A DNA stretch of 64,000 nt from an uncultured Chitinophagaceae bacterium (GCA_964355925.1 CAYHFN010000004.1:2386-66385); one strand, 5' to 3'. Shown: positions 20,074-29,367, counted from the first letter of the stretch. A program made the numbers and translations. The notes: a model not told the origin generated them from the letters alone.

Positions 20074-20180
20074 TTTGGGAAATTTAATACCGATATTTTT
20101 TTTGATAATATCGTATCATAAAAAGAACCATAATAAATCAAAAAAAACTAGCAAGAATATTATTACTTGAATAAAATCTT

Positions 20181-21572
20181 CTATTTTCTAGCCTTTAATA
20201 CTCTCGTCCAATAAACAATCTGCTTCTTGACTTCGTTTGGGGCAGTACTTCCCGATGACTTTTTATGTTCTATAGATTTGTGTGGATCAAGTAACTCATA
20301 AACATCTTCAGAGAATTTATGTGAAAATTTATGTAATTCTTTCAGTGTCAATTTATGAAGAAATGTTTGATGTTCAATACAATATCCAACTATCTTTCCC
20401 GTGATAGAGTGTGCTTCGCGGAATGGGACACCTTGCTGAACAAGATAATCGGCAATTTCCGTTGCCGTAAGAAAATCGTTCTTCAATTCTTCTTCAAATC
20501 GTTGTTTATCGAATTTTGTGTGAATAAATACATGCGTCATGATATAAACACACTCGCGTGTTGTATTCACTGTATCAAATAAAGGCATTTTATCTTCTTG
20601 CATATCTCGATTATAGGCAAGTGGTAGACCTTTCATCAGTGTTAGAATGTTCATCAGATTTCCATACACTCGACCAACTTTTCCACGCGTTAATTCTGCC
20701 ATATCAGGGTTCTTCTTTTGCGGCATAATGCTGCTACCGGTTGTATATGCATCATCGATCTTTGCAAAATTAAATTCCTGTGAAGTCCAGAGCACTATTT
20801 CTTCAGACATCCTGCTGAGGTGCATCATAATTCCGCTGCAAACGGAAACAAATTCAATGATATAATCGCGATCGGAAACTGCATCAATGCTATTTTCGAG
20901 AACACCGTCAAATCCTAATTTTTTTGCTACAACTGTTCTGTCGATCGGGAATGACGTTCCTGCCAAAGCCGCAGCGCCGAGTGGAAGTCGATTTACTCTT
21001 TTATAGCAATCAGTAAGTCGTTCATAATCACGTTCCAGCATAGAAACATAAGCAAGAAGATGATGAGAAAGAAAGATCGGTTGCGCGCGCTGTAAATGTG
21101 TATACCCGGGCATGATAGTTCCGAAATATTTTTCCGATTTATACAGAAGAACACGCTGGAATTGCACGACAAGTTTTTTCATCTCATTAATTGCTGAACG
21201 GAGGTACAGACGTTCATCGAGCGCAACTTGATCATTTCGACTTCTTCCTGTGTGCAATTTGCCGCCCACCGGACCAATTATTTGGATGAGTCGTTGTTCA
21301 ATTGCCATGTGAATATCTTCTTTATCCCATGAAAGATCGAGTTTACCGGATTCAATTTCTAAAATAATGTCTTTCAACGCTTTTCTAATTCGTCGCATTT
21401 CTTCGGAAGAAACAATTTTACATGCTGCAAGCATTTCTATGTGGGCGATACTTCCCTGGATATCTTCTTGATATAATGTTTTGTCAAGGTCGATTGAGGA
21501 GGAGAATCTCAATGCTGATTCTGATAACGCTGTCTTAAATCTGCCGCCCCATAGTGATTTTGAGTGTGCCAT
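20181..21572 (-). CDS. argH: argininosuccinate lyase
   Basis: 463 aa, fumarate-lyase signature GSSIMPQKKNPD, N-terminus WGGRF. Confidence 0.95.
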   Translation of the reverse strand: MAHSKSLWGGRFKTALSESALRFSSSIDLDKTLYQEDIQGSIAHIEMLAACKIVSSEEMRRIRKALKDIILEIESGKLDLSWDKEDIHMAIEQRLIQIIGPVGGKLHTGRSRNDQVALDERLYLRSAINEMKKLVVQFQRVLLYKSEKYFGTIMPGYTHLQRAQPIFLSHHLLAYVSMLERDYERLTDCYKRVNRLPLGAAALAGTSFPIDRTVVAKKLGFDGVLENSIDAVSDRDYIIEFVSVCSGIMMHLSRMSEEIVLWTSQEFNFAKIDDAYTTGSSIMPQKKNPDMAELTRGKVGRVYGNLMNILTLMKGLPLAYNRDMQEDKMPLFDTVNTTRECVYIMTHVFIHTKFDKQRFEEELKNDFLTATEIADYLVQQGVPFREAHSITGKIVGYCIEHQTFLHKLTLKELHKFSHKFSEDVYELLDPHKSIEHKKSSGSTAPNEVKKQIVYWTRVLKARK

Positions 21573-21594
21573 AGTTAGCTCCGGTTGTAGTAAT

Positions 21595-21627
21595 AACCTT
21601 GCGAAGGTTTAAGACCTTCGCAAGGTT
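21595..21627. repeat. intergenic palindromic element, copy C (best-formed)
   Basis: AACCTTGCGAAGGT ttaag ACCTTCGCAAGGTT: a 14-bp perfect stem 23 nt upstream of the argH start codon. Confidence 0.75.
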
Positions 21628-21644
21628 GTGATACGCAAATATAC

Positions 21645-21675
21645 AAAAAAAAACCTGACTGTATTGTCAGGTTTT
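21645..21675 (-). terminator. terminator of the rpsF-rpsR-rplI operon
   Basis: AACCTGAC tgtatt GTCAGGTT with a 9-nt A-run on the plus strand, which is the T-run on the minus strand. A second hairpin at 21688-21717 lies directly after the rplI stop. Confidence 0.8.
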
Positions 21676-21723
21676 ATGAATCATTAGACTTGTCAAATCT
21701 TAAAGATTTGGCAAGTCTTTACA

Positions 21724-22167
21724 TTACTCTCTCACAACCCATACCTTTACTTTTGCAGAAACTTTTGAGTGCAATTTTACCGGCACTTCAAATATCCCAA
21801 GAGTTTTAATCGGCTCTTCGAGTTCGATTATTCGCTTATCGATCGAATAGCCTTTTTCAGTGAGTGATTCAGAGATCATTTGCGATGTAACAGCACCGAA
21901 GAGCTTATCATCTTCGCCGACTTTCATCGTAATCGTCAATGAAACGCTTCCGAGTTGCGCTGCAAGTTTTTCGGAATCCTTAACGACTTTATCCTCTTTG
22001 CGAGCGAGCTGTATCTTTTCTTGCTCAAGTGCTTTCAAGTTTCCTTCGGTTGCCCGAAATGCAATACTTCTTGGGATCAAGAAATTGCGTGCGAAACCAT
22101 TTTTCACTTCAACAACATCACCGATGCTGCCTAATTGATTATAATTTTGACGTAAAATAACTTTCAT
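21724..22167 (-). CDS. rplI: 50S ribosomal protein L9
   Basis: 147 aa, MKVILRQNYNQLGSIGDVVEVKNGFARNFLIP. Confidence 0.95.
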   Translation of the reverse strand: MKVILRQNYNQLGSIGDVVEVKNGFARNFLIPRSIAFRATEGNLKALEQEKIQLARKEDKVVKDSEKLAAQLGSVSLTITMKVGEDDKLFGAVTSQMISESLTEKGYSIDKRIIELEEPIKTLGIFEVPVKLHSKVSAKVKVWVVRE

Positions 22168-22186
22168 ATTCTCAGACCTCTTTCAA

Positions 22187-22531
22187 TTACTTAATGGCTT
22201 CAGATGTGAACGGAAGCAACGCGATATGTCGTGCACGTTTAATTGCCTGCACGAGTTGACGTTGATATTTTGCACTTGTTCCAGTAATACGCTTTGGAAT
22301 TATCTTACCTTGTTCATTGATGAACTTACGAAGTAATTTTTCATCTTTATAATCGATATAGATCGTTCCGGCTGCTGTAAATCGACATGCGCGCTTTTTC
22401 TTTTGTTGATTATCTTTCTTAGCATCTCTGCGGTTTCCATCTCGTCCGCCTTTGCCATCTCGGCTGTTATATCCGCCGCCATCGCGCCTGTTACCACCGC
22501 TGTTACCAAATGATGATTCTCGTTGTTTCAT
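22187..22531 (-). CDS. rpsR: 30S ribosomal protein S18 with Arg/Gly-rich N-terminal extension
   Basis: Conserved core CRF...IDYKD...LRKFI...[19 protein letters not shown]. The ATG overlaps the rpsF stop. No internal Met lies before the core. Confidence 0.9.
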   Translation of the reverse strand: MKQRESSFGNSGGNRRDGGGYNSRDGKGGRDGNRRDAKKDNQQKKKRACRFTAAGTIYIDYKDEKLLRKFINEQGKIIPKRITGTSAKYQRQLVQAIKRARHIALLPFTSEAIK

Positions 22532-22920
22532 TAGACTGTCACTCCTTTACTTGGTTCTTCAGCTACAACAACAACATCGCTGATAGGGGTTTTCTGTCCG
22601 ACTTCTTTTGCTTTCAATGCTTTCTTGTTCAATTCAATTGTCATAAACCGAATGACATTTTCGTTTAGCAGATACTGTCGCTCTAATTTTGCAACGATAT
22701 CACCTGGTGCTTTGAACTCATAAAGAACATAGAAACCGTTGTTCTTTTTTTTGATGGCATATGCAAGACGTCGTCGTCCCCATTTTTCTAAAGCGCGAAG
22801 CTCACCGCCATTTTTAAGGATGAAATCTTTGATCTTCTCGATCTCAGTCTCAACCTGTGCGTCTTCAAGAGTGGCATTAATAATAATGACCGACTCATAG
22901 ATCCTTGTTTGGTATTGCAT
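22531..22920 (-). CDS. rpsF: 30S ribosomal protein S6
   Basis: 129 aa, [11 protein letters not shown]...WGRRRLAY pattern. First gene of the S6-S18-L9 operon. Confidence 0.93.
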   Translation of the reverse strand: MQYQTRIYESVIIINATLEDAQVETEIEKIKDFILKNGGELRALEKWGRRRLAYAIKKKNNGFYVLYEFKAPGDIVAKLERQYLLNENVIRFMTIELNKKALKAKEVGQKTPISDVVVVAEEPSKGVTV

Positions 22921-23002
22921 TAAAAAATCCTCCTATGGACTTTTGACCCCATCTCATTAAATTTGGATGGAGTAGGTTATGTTTTCAGTTTTTCTAAAAA
23001 AC

Positions 23003-23605
23003 TCATTCCGCATTTGTGGAAGTGAAAAAATTTCTGTTGTATTGATTCATTGTCTTTTGAATTCCCGTTTCTATCCAACTAAAACACGCATTATGTGTAT
23101 GATTGAGAAGTTGGGGAAGGAGTTTCTCTTCGTCTGTATCGAATCGGGTAAGAACATAATCGGCCATGGATTCGCTCGAATGTTCAATCGGCATCGTCTT
23201 TCCACCAACGCCAATTCGTAATCGAGGAATTAGATCATTTTCCATGTGAAATATAATCGATGATAAACCGTTATGCCCTCCATCACTCCCCTTGGGTCGT
23301 AATCGTAAAGTGCCAAATGGCAATTGAAAATCATCATATAAAATAAGAAAGTCAGCATTAGAAATTTGATATTTTTGATGAATCTCATGAACTGCCAAAC
23401 CGCTGTTATTCATATATGTCTGAGGCATAACAAATAATAGAGAATCTTCTGCCAAAGAAATTTGATAACATTCATACAACGAATTTCCTTCAAAGTGTTT
23501 TGCTTTGAATTTGTCAATTAAATATTCTATGGCAAGAAAACCAATATTATGCCGTGCAAATCGGTAACGATTTCCAGGGTTTCCTAATCCTACGATACAT
23601 TTCAC
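23003..23605 (-). CDS. pth: peptidyl-tRNA hydrolase
   Basis: KCIVGLGNPG...RHNIGF, GHNG. GTG start with a GGAG SD. Confidence 0.92.
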   Translation of the reverse strand: MKCIVGLGNPGNRYRFARHNIGFLAIEYLIDKFKAKHFEGNSLYECYQISLAEDSLLFVMPQTYMNNSGLAVHEIHQKYQISNADFLILYDDFQLPFGTLRLRPKGSDGGHNGLSSIIFHMENDLIPRLRIGVGGKTMPIEHSSESMADYVLTRFDTDEEKLLPQLLNHTHNACFSWIETGIQKTMNQYNRNFFTSTNAE

Positions 23606-23640
23606 GGAGCAACTCCGTTGTCAAAGAACAATTTTAAAAA

Positions 23641-24321
23641 TTATTTTTTTGCCGGGGCTGCTTCACCCTCAATAGGTTTTTTGCCTTTTGCAATAACTTC
23701 TGGTTCAGCAGCTGTTACTACTGCCGCTGCTGCATCCGGTGTAACTCCAGGAACTGCTGCAACTTCTTCTTTTACAACAGTTGGAGGAACAACCGCAACT
23801 ACTGCGCTTGCAGCGTTGTCAATAACACGAACATTTTCAATTTTGATATCACGAACGTGAATGGAATCATTCATCCCGAGATCTGAAATATCAAGAACAA
23901 TCTGTTCCGGAATGAATTTTGGCAAGCAGGAAACACGCACTTTATGCATAATGTGTTGTATTGTTCCTCCATCTTTCACACCTTTTGGACTGCCAATTAA
24001 AACAACAGGGATTTGAACCGCCAACTCTTCGTTTTCTTTCACTCCCTGAAGATCAAAATGAATCGGACGATCGGTGATAGGATCGAACTGAACATCTCGA
24101 AGAATACAGGTCTTGTTTTCACCGTTGTCTAATTTCAAATTGATTAGATGAGTATTGGTGGTGTAAATCAAAGGTTTCATTGCAAGCGGTGTTGCAGTGA
24201 TATTGATATTTGTTTCACCGTGCCCATAATATACACCGGGAATTTTATCTGTGGAACGAAGACGGTTCATTCTTTTACCGGTTTCACTTCGTACAACTGC
24301 ATTCAATAATACTTCTGACAT
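23641..24321 (-). CDS. rplY: 50S ribosomal protein L25 / general stress protein Ctc
   Basis: 226 aa long-form L25 with an Ala/Pro/Val/Glu-rich tail. AGGAG SD. Confidence 0.9.
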   Translation of the reverse strand: MSEVLLNAVVRSETGKRMNRLRSTDKIPGVYYGHGETNINITATPLAMKPLIYTTNTHLINLKLDNGENKTCILRDVQFDPITDRPIHFDLQGVKENEELAVQIPVVLIGSPKGVKDGGTIQHIMHKVRVSCLPKFIPEQIVLDISDLGMNDSIHVRDIKIENVRVIDNAASAVVAVVPPTVVKEEVAAVPGVTPDAAAAVVTAAEPEVIAKGKKPIEGEAAPAKK

Positions 24322-24355
24322 TGTTATTACTCCTCACTGAGAACAAAAAAATAAA

Positions 24356-25309
24356 TTAATTATCTAAACTCTTATCTTTGTCAACATCGAACAGGGAACT
24401 GATCGATTTATTATGAAAACATCGTTCGATCGCCGAAGAAAAGACAGTTGACACAGACATCACTTCAATTTTTGGCGACGTAACTTTTAATGGAATCGTA
24501 TCGCATACAATAATTTTTTCAACGTCACTGGCATTGATTCGTTCCAATGCTTTTCCAGAAAGCAGCGGATGTGTGCATGCTCCATATACAGATTTTGCTC
24601 CGGCTTTTTTCAACGCAGAAACTGCGTTCGTAAATGTACCCGCCGTATCGATCATGTCATCGACAATAAGAACATTTCTTCCTGCAACATCTCCCACAAT
24701 ATTCATTACTTCTACAACATTTGGAGCGGGACGCCGTTTATCGATCAAAACAAGTTCAGCATCCAAGCGTTTTGCATAAGCGCGAGCCATTTTAATACCG
24801 CCAACATCCGGTGAAACTACCGTTAGATCCTGAATTTTTTGTCTTCGCAAATGATCAACAAAAACAACAGATGAATATAAATGATCTACAGGAATATCAA
24901 AGAATCCTTGGATCTGTGGTGCATGAAGATCCATACAAATCACACGATCGGCACCGGCAGTTGTAATCAAATTTGCAATAAGTTTTGATGTTATTGCAAC
25001 ACGTGGTTGATCTTTTCTGTCTTGCCGGGCATACCCAAAATATGGAATAACGACATTTACTTTTCGTGCAGAAGCTCGTTTTGCCGCATCAACGGTGATC
25101 AAAAGCTCCATCAAATTATCTGTCGGAGGAACTGTCGTTTGAATGATAAAAACATCAGCTCCTCGAACATTATCAATGAACTTAACCCAAATTTCGCCAT
25201 CACTAAAATTCTGAATCTCGAGCTTACCGAGAGGTTCGCCTAAATCGTGTGCAATTTTTTCGGCCAAAGGACGATTTGCACGACCGGAAAATAGTTTCAG
25301 TTGTGGCAT
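24356..25309 (-). CDS. prs: ribose-phosphate pyrophosphokinase
   Basis: 317 aa, PYFGYARQDRK and DDMIDTAGT PRPP-binding motifs. Confidence 0.95.
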   Translation of the reverse strand: MPQLKLFSGRANRPLAEKIAHDLGEPLGKLEIQNFSDGEIWVKFIDNVRGADVFIIQTTVPPTDNLMELLITVDAAKRASARKVNVVIPYFGYARQDRKDQPRVAITSKLIANLITTAGADRVICMDLHAPQIQGFFDIPVDHLYSSVVFVDHLRRQKIQDLTVVSPDVGGIKMARAYAKRLDAELVLIDKRRPAPNVVEVMNIVGDVAGRNVLIVDDMIDTAGTFTNAVSALKKAGAKSVYGACTHPLLSGKALERINASDVEKIIVCDTIPLKVTSPKIEVMSVSTVFSSAIERCFHNKSISSLFDVDKDKSLDN

Positions 25310-25459
25310 AGATTTAATCTACTCTAACGGTGGTTCCAGTAACATTTAGTTAACAAAAATATCAAAATTTCAGCATATAGTCAATGTTTTTTCATAGTGA
25401 ACATGAAATTTTGATTATATTGACATTTCAATTACCTTTAAGTATTTTGAATTTGATTT

Positions 25460-26341
25460 ATGGATGAAATTATTGAAGAATTTAGAACTTTTTATACACC
25501 ATCCGGAGACCCGCTACGTTGCGATATACGTTGGAACAAAGAATTAGCTAAGAACAGCTATAAATCATTACCTGTTGTAATAATTTGTCACGGATTTAAG
25601 GCATTTAAGGACTGGGGTCCATTTCCGACGATTGGACGGTATTTTGCGCTAAACGGATTTGTTTCTATCGTTCTAAATTTTTCTCATAACGGTATTGGTG
25701 AAGAACCGAAAAAATTTGTTGAACACGAAAAATTTTCAAATAATACCATCTCAATTGAAATTGATGATGTAAAAACAATTCTCAACGAAATTGAGGAGAA
25801 TAATTTATCACTTCCATTTGTTAATAGATCTCAAATAGTATTGGTTGGTCATTCGCGCGGCGGGGGAGTCTCAGTGATCACGGCAAAAGAAGATGTTAGA
25901 GTGAAAGCTGTTGCAGCGTGGTCAACAATTGCATACTTTAACCGATATACCGATGACCAAAAGAGGCGATGGAGAGAAAAAGGTTTTGTTCAATTACATT
26001 CAGTTAGCGAACAAAAATTATTTCGGATAAAGACATCGTTACTTGATGATATTGAAAATAATAGTAAGCGGTTGGATATTCTAAATGCGGTTGAAAAATT
26101 AAATAAACCGCTCTTAATTATTCATGGAACAGCAGATATACCTGTAAAGATCGAAGAAGCAGAGAAACTGTATTCATTTTCAAACAAGGAATTAACAAAG
26201 TTCGTGAAGTTAGAAAATGCAGGACATCTTTATGGTGCAAAACATCCATATAAAGAAGAAAGCACAACAATGACTCACGTACTTGAAATAACAACACAAT
26301 GGTTATGCACTAATTTACAAACGGAGGATTCATGGAAGTAA
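25460..26341 (+). CDS. alpha/beta-fold hydrolase
   Basis: GHSRGG nucleophile elbow, HGTAD and GH late in the sequence. Confidence 0.7.
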   Translation: MDEIIEEFRTFYTPSGDPLRCDIRWNKELAKNSYKSLPVVIICHGFKAFKDWGPFPTIGRYFALNGFVSIVLNFSHNGIGEEPKKFVEHEKFSNNTISIEIDDVKTILNEIEENNLSLPFVNRSQIVLVGHSRGGGVSVITAKEDVRVKAVAAWSTIAYFNRYTDDQKRRWREKGFVQLHSVSEQKLFRIKTSLLDDIENNSKRLDILNAVEKLNKPLLIIHGTADIPVKIEEAEKLYSFSNKELTKFVKLENAGHLYGAKHPYKEESTTMTHVLEITTQWLCTNLQTEDSWK

Positions 26342-26907
26342 TACAGAAAATATTCACGATTGAGACAGCAAATTCTTCTACATCGGCAGTAGCTCAAGTC
26401 GGTTGGATATGTTTTTTTGCCGGACTTACTGCTCTTGGAGCACAAGTTCAAATTCCGCACCAACCGATACCTTTTACATTACAAACATTTTTTGTCTTGC
26501 TTTCCGGTGCTTTTCTCGGAGCACGTAATGGATTTATCGCTCAACTATTTTATATTGGAGCAGGTGCTATCGGTTTACCCGTTTTCACCGGTGCGACATT
26601 TGGGTTGGTAAAATTATTTGGTTTGACAGGTGGTTACTTAATGAGTTTTCCGATTGCAGCTGCACTTATAGGTTACCTTGTTACTATTCACAAAGGGTAT
26701 GTGTGGACAATTGTTTCAATGACTTTCGGATTGATCGTCGTATTTACAATTGGCTCTCTATATTTGAACTTTATTGTACTGCACAATATCCAACAGGCGA
26801 TCATAAGTGGATTCCTGATTTTTTCATGGTGGGATATTTTAAAGCTAACCGCTGCCGCTGCAATCTATAATGAGATTTCGAAACGGTATAGAAAATTTCC
26901 TGTATAA
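26332..26907 (+). CDS. bioY: biotin transporter BioY (ECF S-component type)
   Basis: 191 aa with 5-6 TM segments, PFTLQTFFVLLSGAFLG...GGYLMSFP pattern. Confidence 0.85.
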   Translation: MEVIQKIFTIETANSSTSAVAQVGWICFFAGLTALGAQVQIPHQPIPFTLQTFFVLLSGAFLGARNGFIAQLFYIGAGAIGLPVFTGATFGLVKLFGLTGGYLMSFPIAAALIGYLVTIHKGYVWTIVSMTFGLIVVFTIGSLYLNFIVLHNIQQAIISGFLIFSWWDILKLTAAAAIYNEISKRYRKFPV

Positions 26908-26926
26908 CTATTCTTAGTGTATAAAT

Positions 26927-26955
26927 AAAAAATCCTCTCAATGAGAGGATTTTTT
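26927..26955. terminator. bidirectional terminator between convergent bioY and exonuclease genes
   Basis: AAAAAATCCTCTC aat GAGAGGATTTTTT. Confidence 0.8.
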
Positions 26956-26980
26956 ATTTTGGATAATTGAGGTGGCATGT

Positions 26981-27655
26981 TTATAAATGAAAATTTAAAA
27001 AATCCATCCACCGTCTGTGTAATTCGGTAGTTGCAAGAACATCCCCGAAACAATATTCCGCAATATCTCGAAATCGTTTTGCATCAAATAGTTTGCGCAT
27101 GTCAAGTCCGGTAATTCCTTTAGTCTTTGGACTTACAATTCCAAACGATTTGCAATAGAAATCCAAACTAAAGCGGCGGGTCACTTGATAAAAAGTTAAT
27201 TGTTCGAGAAGATCGCAGTGAATTTCCGAATCATATCTGTAGGGCATTAAATTGCGTGATGTTTTTACTCCTAGCTTTGCTGAACGAAGCATGATGAATG
27301 GACAATCAAAACTTCTTCCATTAAAAGTGACAAACTGTTCATATTTTGGGATTATTTTCCAAAAATTTTCCAAAATAAATTCTTCACTTCCTGAAATAAA
27401 ATGACATTTTCCATCGTCGGATTTATACTCTTCATTCGTATCTGATTGAAAGAAGACTTTTCCCATTTGTGTGTCAGGATTGTAGAGTGCTATACAAAGA
27501 ATCTGAGCTGTGAGAGGATGGAGGTTGAGATTCTTTTTTACGTCTTCAACTTTTTCTTCATTGTCGGCAAAACGAAGAAGGTATGTCTGCGTTTCATGGT
27601 CGAATGATTCCAATGGAAAGCCGAGTGTCTCGATATCAAAAATAATTTTACTCAT
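26981..27655 (-). CDS. PolB-exonuclease-domain-like 3'-5' exonuclease (RNase H fold)
   Basis: FDIET (Exo I), FNGRSFDCPF (Exo II) and YCFGDV (Exo III-like). Confidence 0.7.
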   Translation of the reverse strand: MSKIIFDIETLGFPLESFDHETQTYLLRFADNEEKVEDVKKNLNLHPLTAQILCIALYNPDTQMGKVFFQSDTNEEYKSDDGKCHFISGSEEFILENFWKIIPKYEQFVTFNGRSFDCPFIMLRSAKLGVKTSRNLMPYRYDSEIHCDLLEQLTFYQVTRRFSLDFYCKSFGIVSPKTKGITGLDMRKLFDAKRFRDIAEYCFGDVLATTELHRRWMDFLNFHL

Positions 27656-28701
27656 GCTTGTGTAATTTTATATTTTTTTAGTCCCCAGTTCGTTTCAGTT
27701 GCTGTGACGAGAATAATTGTATATATGGGAATTGCGAGAACCATTCCCATAACTCCAAGTGTTTCATTGCCGATAAGAATAACAATAAACATTGTTAAAG
27801 GATGAATATTCATAATTTTGCTGAACACAGCGGGTTGAACAAACATTTGGTCAACTTGCTGAACTCCGATTGTCACGATCAAAATCCACGGTAACATACT
27901 TAGGTTTCCGAATTGAACGATAGATATCAGTACTACGGGGATGGCTCCGATAAATGGTCCTGCAAAAGGAATGACATTGGTAAATCCGCCGATTAAACCA
28001 AGTACTGTTGCGTAATTAATTCCAAGTGTGAAATAACAAATTGAATAGAGTATTCCTACAATGGCAGATTCCGTAACAGTTCCGCGAATATATTTGCTTA
28101 ATTGGTCTTCAATTTTATAGATAATGTTTAGTGACATTTCAAAATATCTATTTGGCATATTTCGAATGAAAGATTTCTGCATGGCATAATAATCACTTAA
28201 TAAAAAAAACGTGATAAATGGAACGATTGCTAATGTGGCGGCGGTACTAAGTATACCGGAAAGAGCGGTTCCGGCAGATTCTCCAAACCCAACAAGAGAA
28301 TTATTCAAGTGTTCTCTTACAGATTCTGATTTTAGAAATGGGACCTGATGTGAAATTTGAATACTAAGATCGCTGAGCATTATTGACAGTCGATCTTTAC
28401 TGAACGCAGAACTTATTTGAGTAACCTGAGAAGAAATAACCGGAAAAAGTATCATAACTCCAAGAACGGCGATACTTCCTAAACCAACGAAGATGATCAA
28501 CACTGCAATCCATCGGGCAGCTCCGAGGTTTTCAATATAATCGACAAGTGGTTTCAAGATGAATGTTAAAGTAAATGAAACAACTAAAATTAGAAAAAGA
28601 TCCTTAAATGTTGACATGACAAAGATGGGAAGTGCAATTGCCATGCTAATAAGAAAAACTTTCCAATGACGGCTACGGAAGAAATTACTATCATTATTCA
28701 T
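27652..28701 (-). CDS. AI-2E family (PerM/YhhT-like) transporter
   Basis: 349 aa polytopic protein with family-typical glycine-rich TM segments (GGFTNVIPFAGPFIGAIP). ATGA overlaps at both ends. Confidence 0.8.
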   Translation of the reverse strand: MNNDSNFFRSRHWKVFLISMAIALPIFVMSTFKDLFLILVVSFTLTFILKPLVDYIENLGAARWIAVLIIFVGLGSIAVLGVMILFPVISSQVTQISSAFSKDRLSIMLSDLSIQISHQVPFLKSESVREHLNNSLVGFGESAGTALSGILSTAATLAIVPFITFFLLSDYYAMQKSFIRNMPNRYFEMSLNIIYKIEDQLSKYIRGTVTESAIVGILYSICYFTLGINYATVLGLIGGFTNVIPFAGPFIGAIPVVLISIVQFGNLSMLPWILIVTIGVQQVDQMFVQPAVFSKIMNIHPLTMFIVILIGNETLGVMGMVLAIPIYTIILVTATETNWGLKKYKITQA

Positions 28702-29324
28702 TGATTCACCAATTGTGCTGTGATCTTAAGTGACAGAGAAGTATCATATCCTCGACGAACTAAGTGTTCAAATATCCGTTTTTTTTGAGTGACAAGAGGA
28801 AGCGATTTTACCCTTTTGTATTTACGTTCTGCTTCTTTTATTGCAAGAATATTCTCCGATTCAACAGTATAAAAATCCGGAAGAATTTTTTCTACGGTTA
28901 GTTTATCGATCCCCTTTTTATATAGCAAATGCTTCATGGAAGATTTTCCAACCGGTTTTAATTGCAATCTATCTCGACAAAACATCCTGGCGAATTCATC
29001 ATCATTCAAAAGTTTCATTTCATCCAAGAATAATAGTGCTAAATGAATGTGTGAATCATCAAATCCTTTTTTCTGTAGATAATCTAGAATTTCTTTTTTT
29101 GAACGCGGGCGATACGAACGATATCGTAATGCAACTCGTCGTACGGATGATTCAGCTTCAGCATTTTCAATTTGGGTTCGTTCTATCTCTGTGAGATCTT
29201 GTCCGTTATGAAGGACAAAGCGGACGTAAACATCTTCACTGACGCTAAATGCATATTTATCATCAACAAAAATTGAATACCGCGTTTTATTCTTTTTTTG
29301 CCGTTCTATTTTTGTGATGACCAT
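28698..29324 (-). CDS. recX: recombination regulator RecX
   Basis: Directly downstream of recA, with repeated three-helix modules. Start set at ATG 29324 (MVITKIERQ) because the listed start 29342 lies within the hairpin stem. Confidence 0.8.
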   Translation of the reverse strand: MVITKIERQKKNKTRYSIFVDDKYAFSVSEDVYVRFVLHNGQDLTEIERTQIENAEAESSVRRVALRYRSYRPRSKKEILDYLQKKGFDDSHIHLALLFLDEMKLLNDDEFARMFCRDRLQLKPVGKSSMKHLLYKKGIDKLTVEKILPDFYTVESENILAIKEAERKYKRVKSLPLVTQKKRIFEHLVRRGYDTSLSLKITAQLVNQ

Positions 29325-29356
29325 AAAAAAATGGAGACGCACACAACGTGCGTCTC
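29325..29356 (-). terminator. recA-recX intergenic hairpin with T-run (leaky terminator/attenuator candidate)
   Basis: Minus strand reads GAGACGCAC gttgt GTGCGTCTC, then CCATTTTTTT, directly followed by ATG. Confidence 0.7.
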
Positions 29357-29367
29357 TTTAGAAAAGC

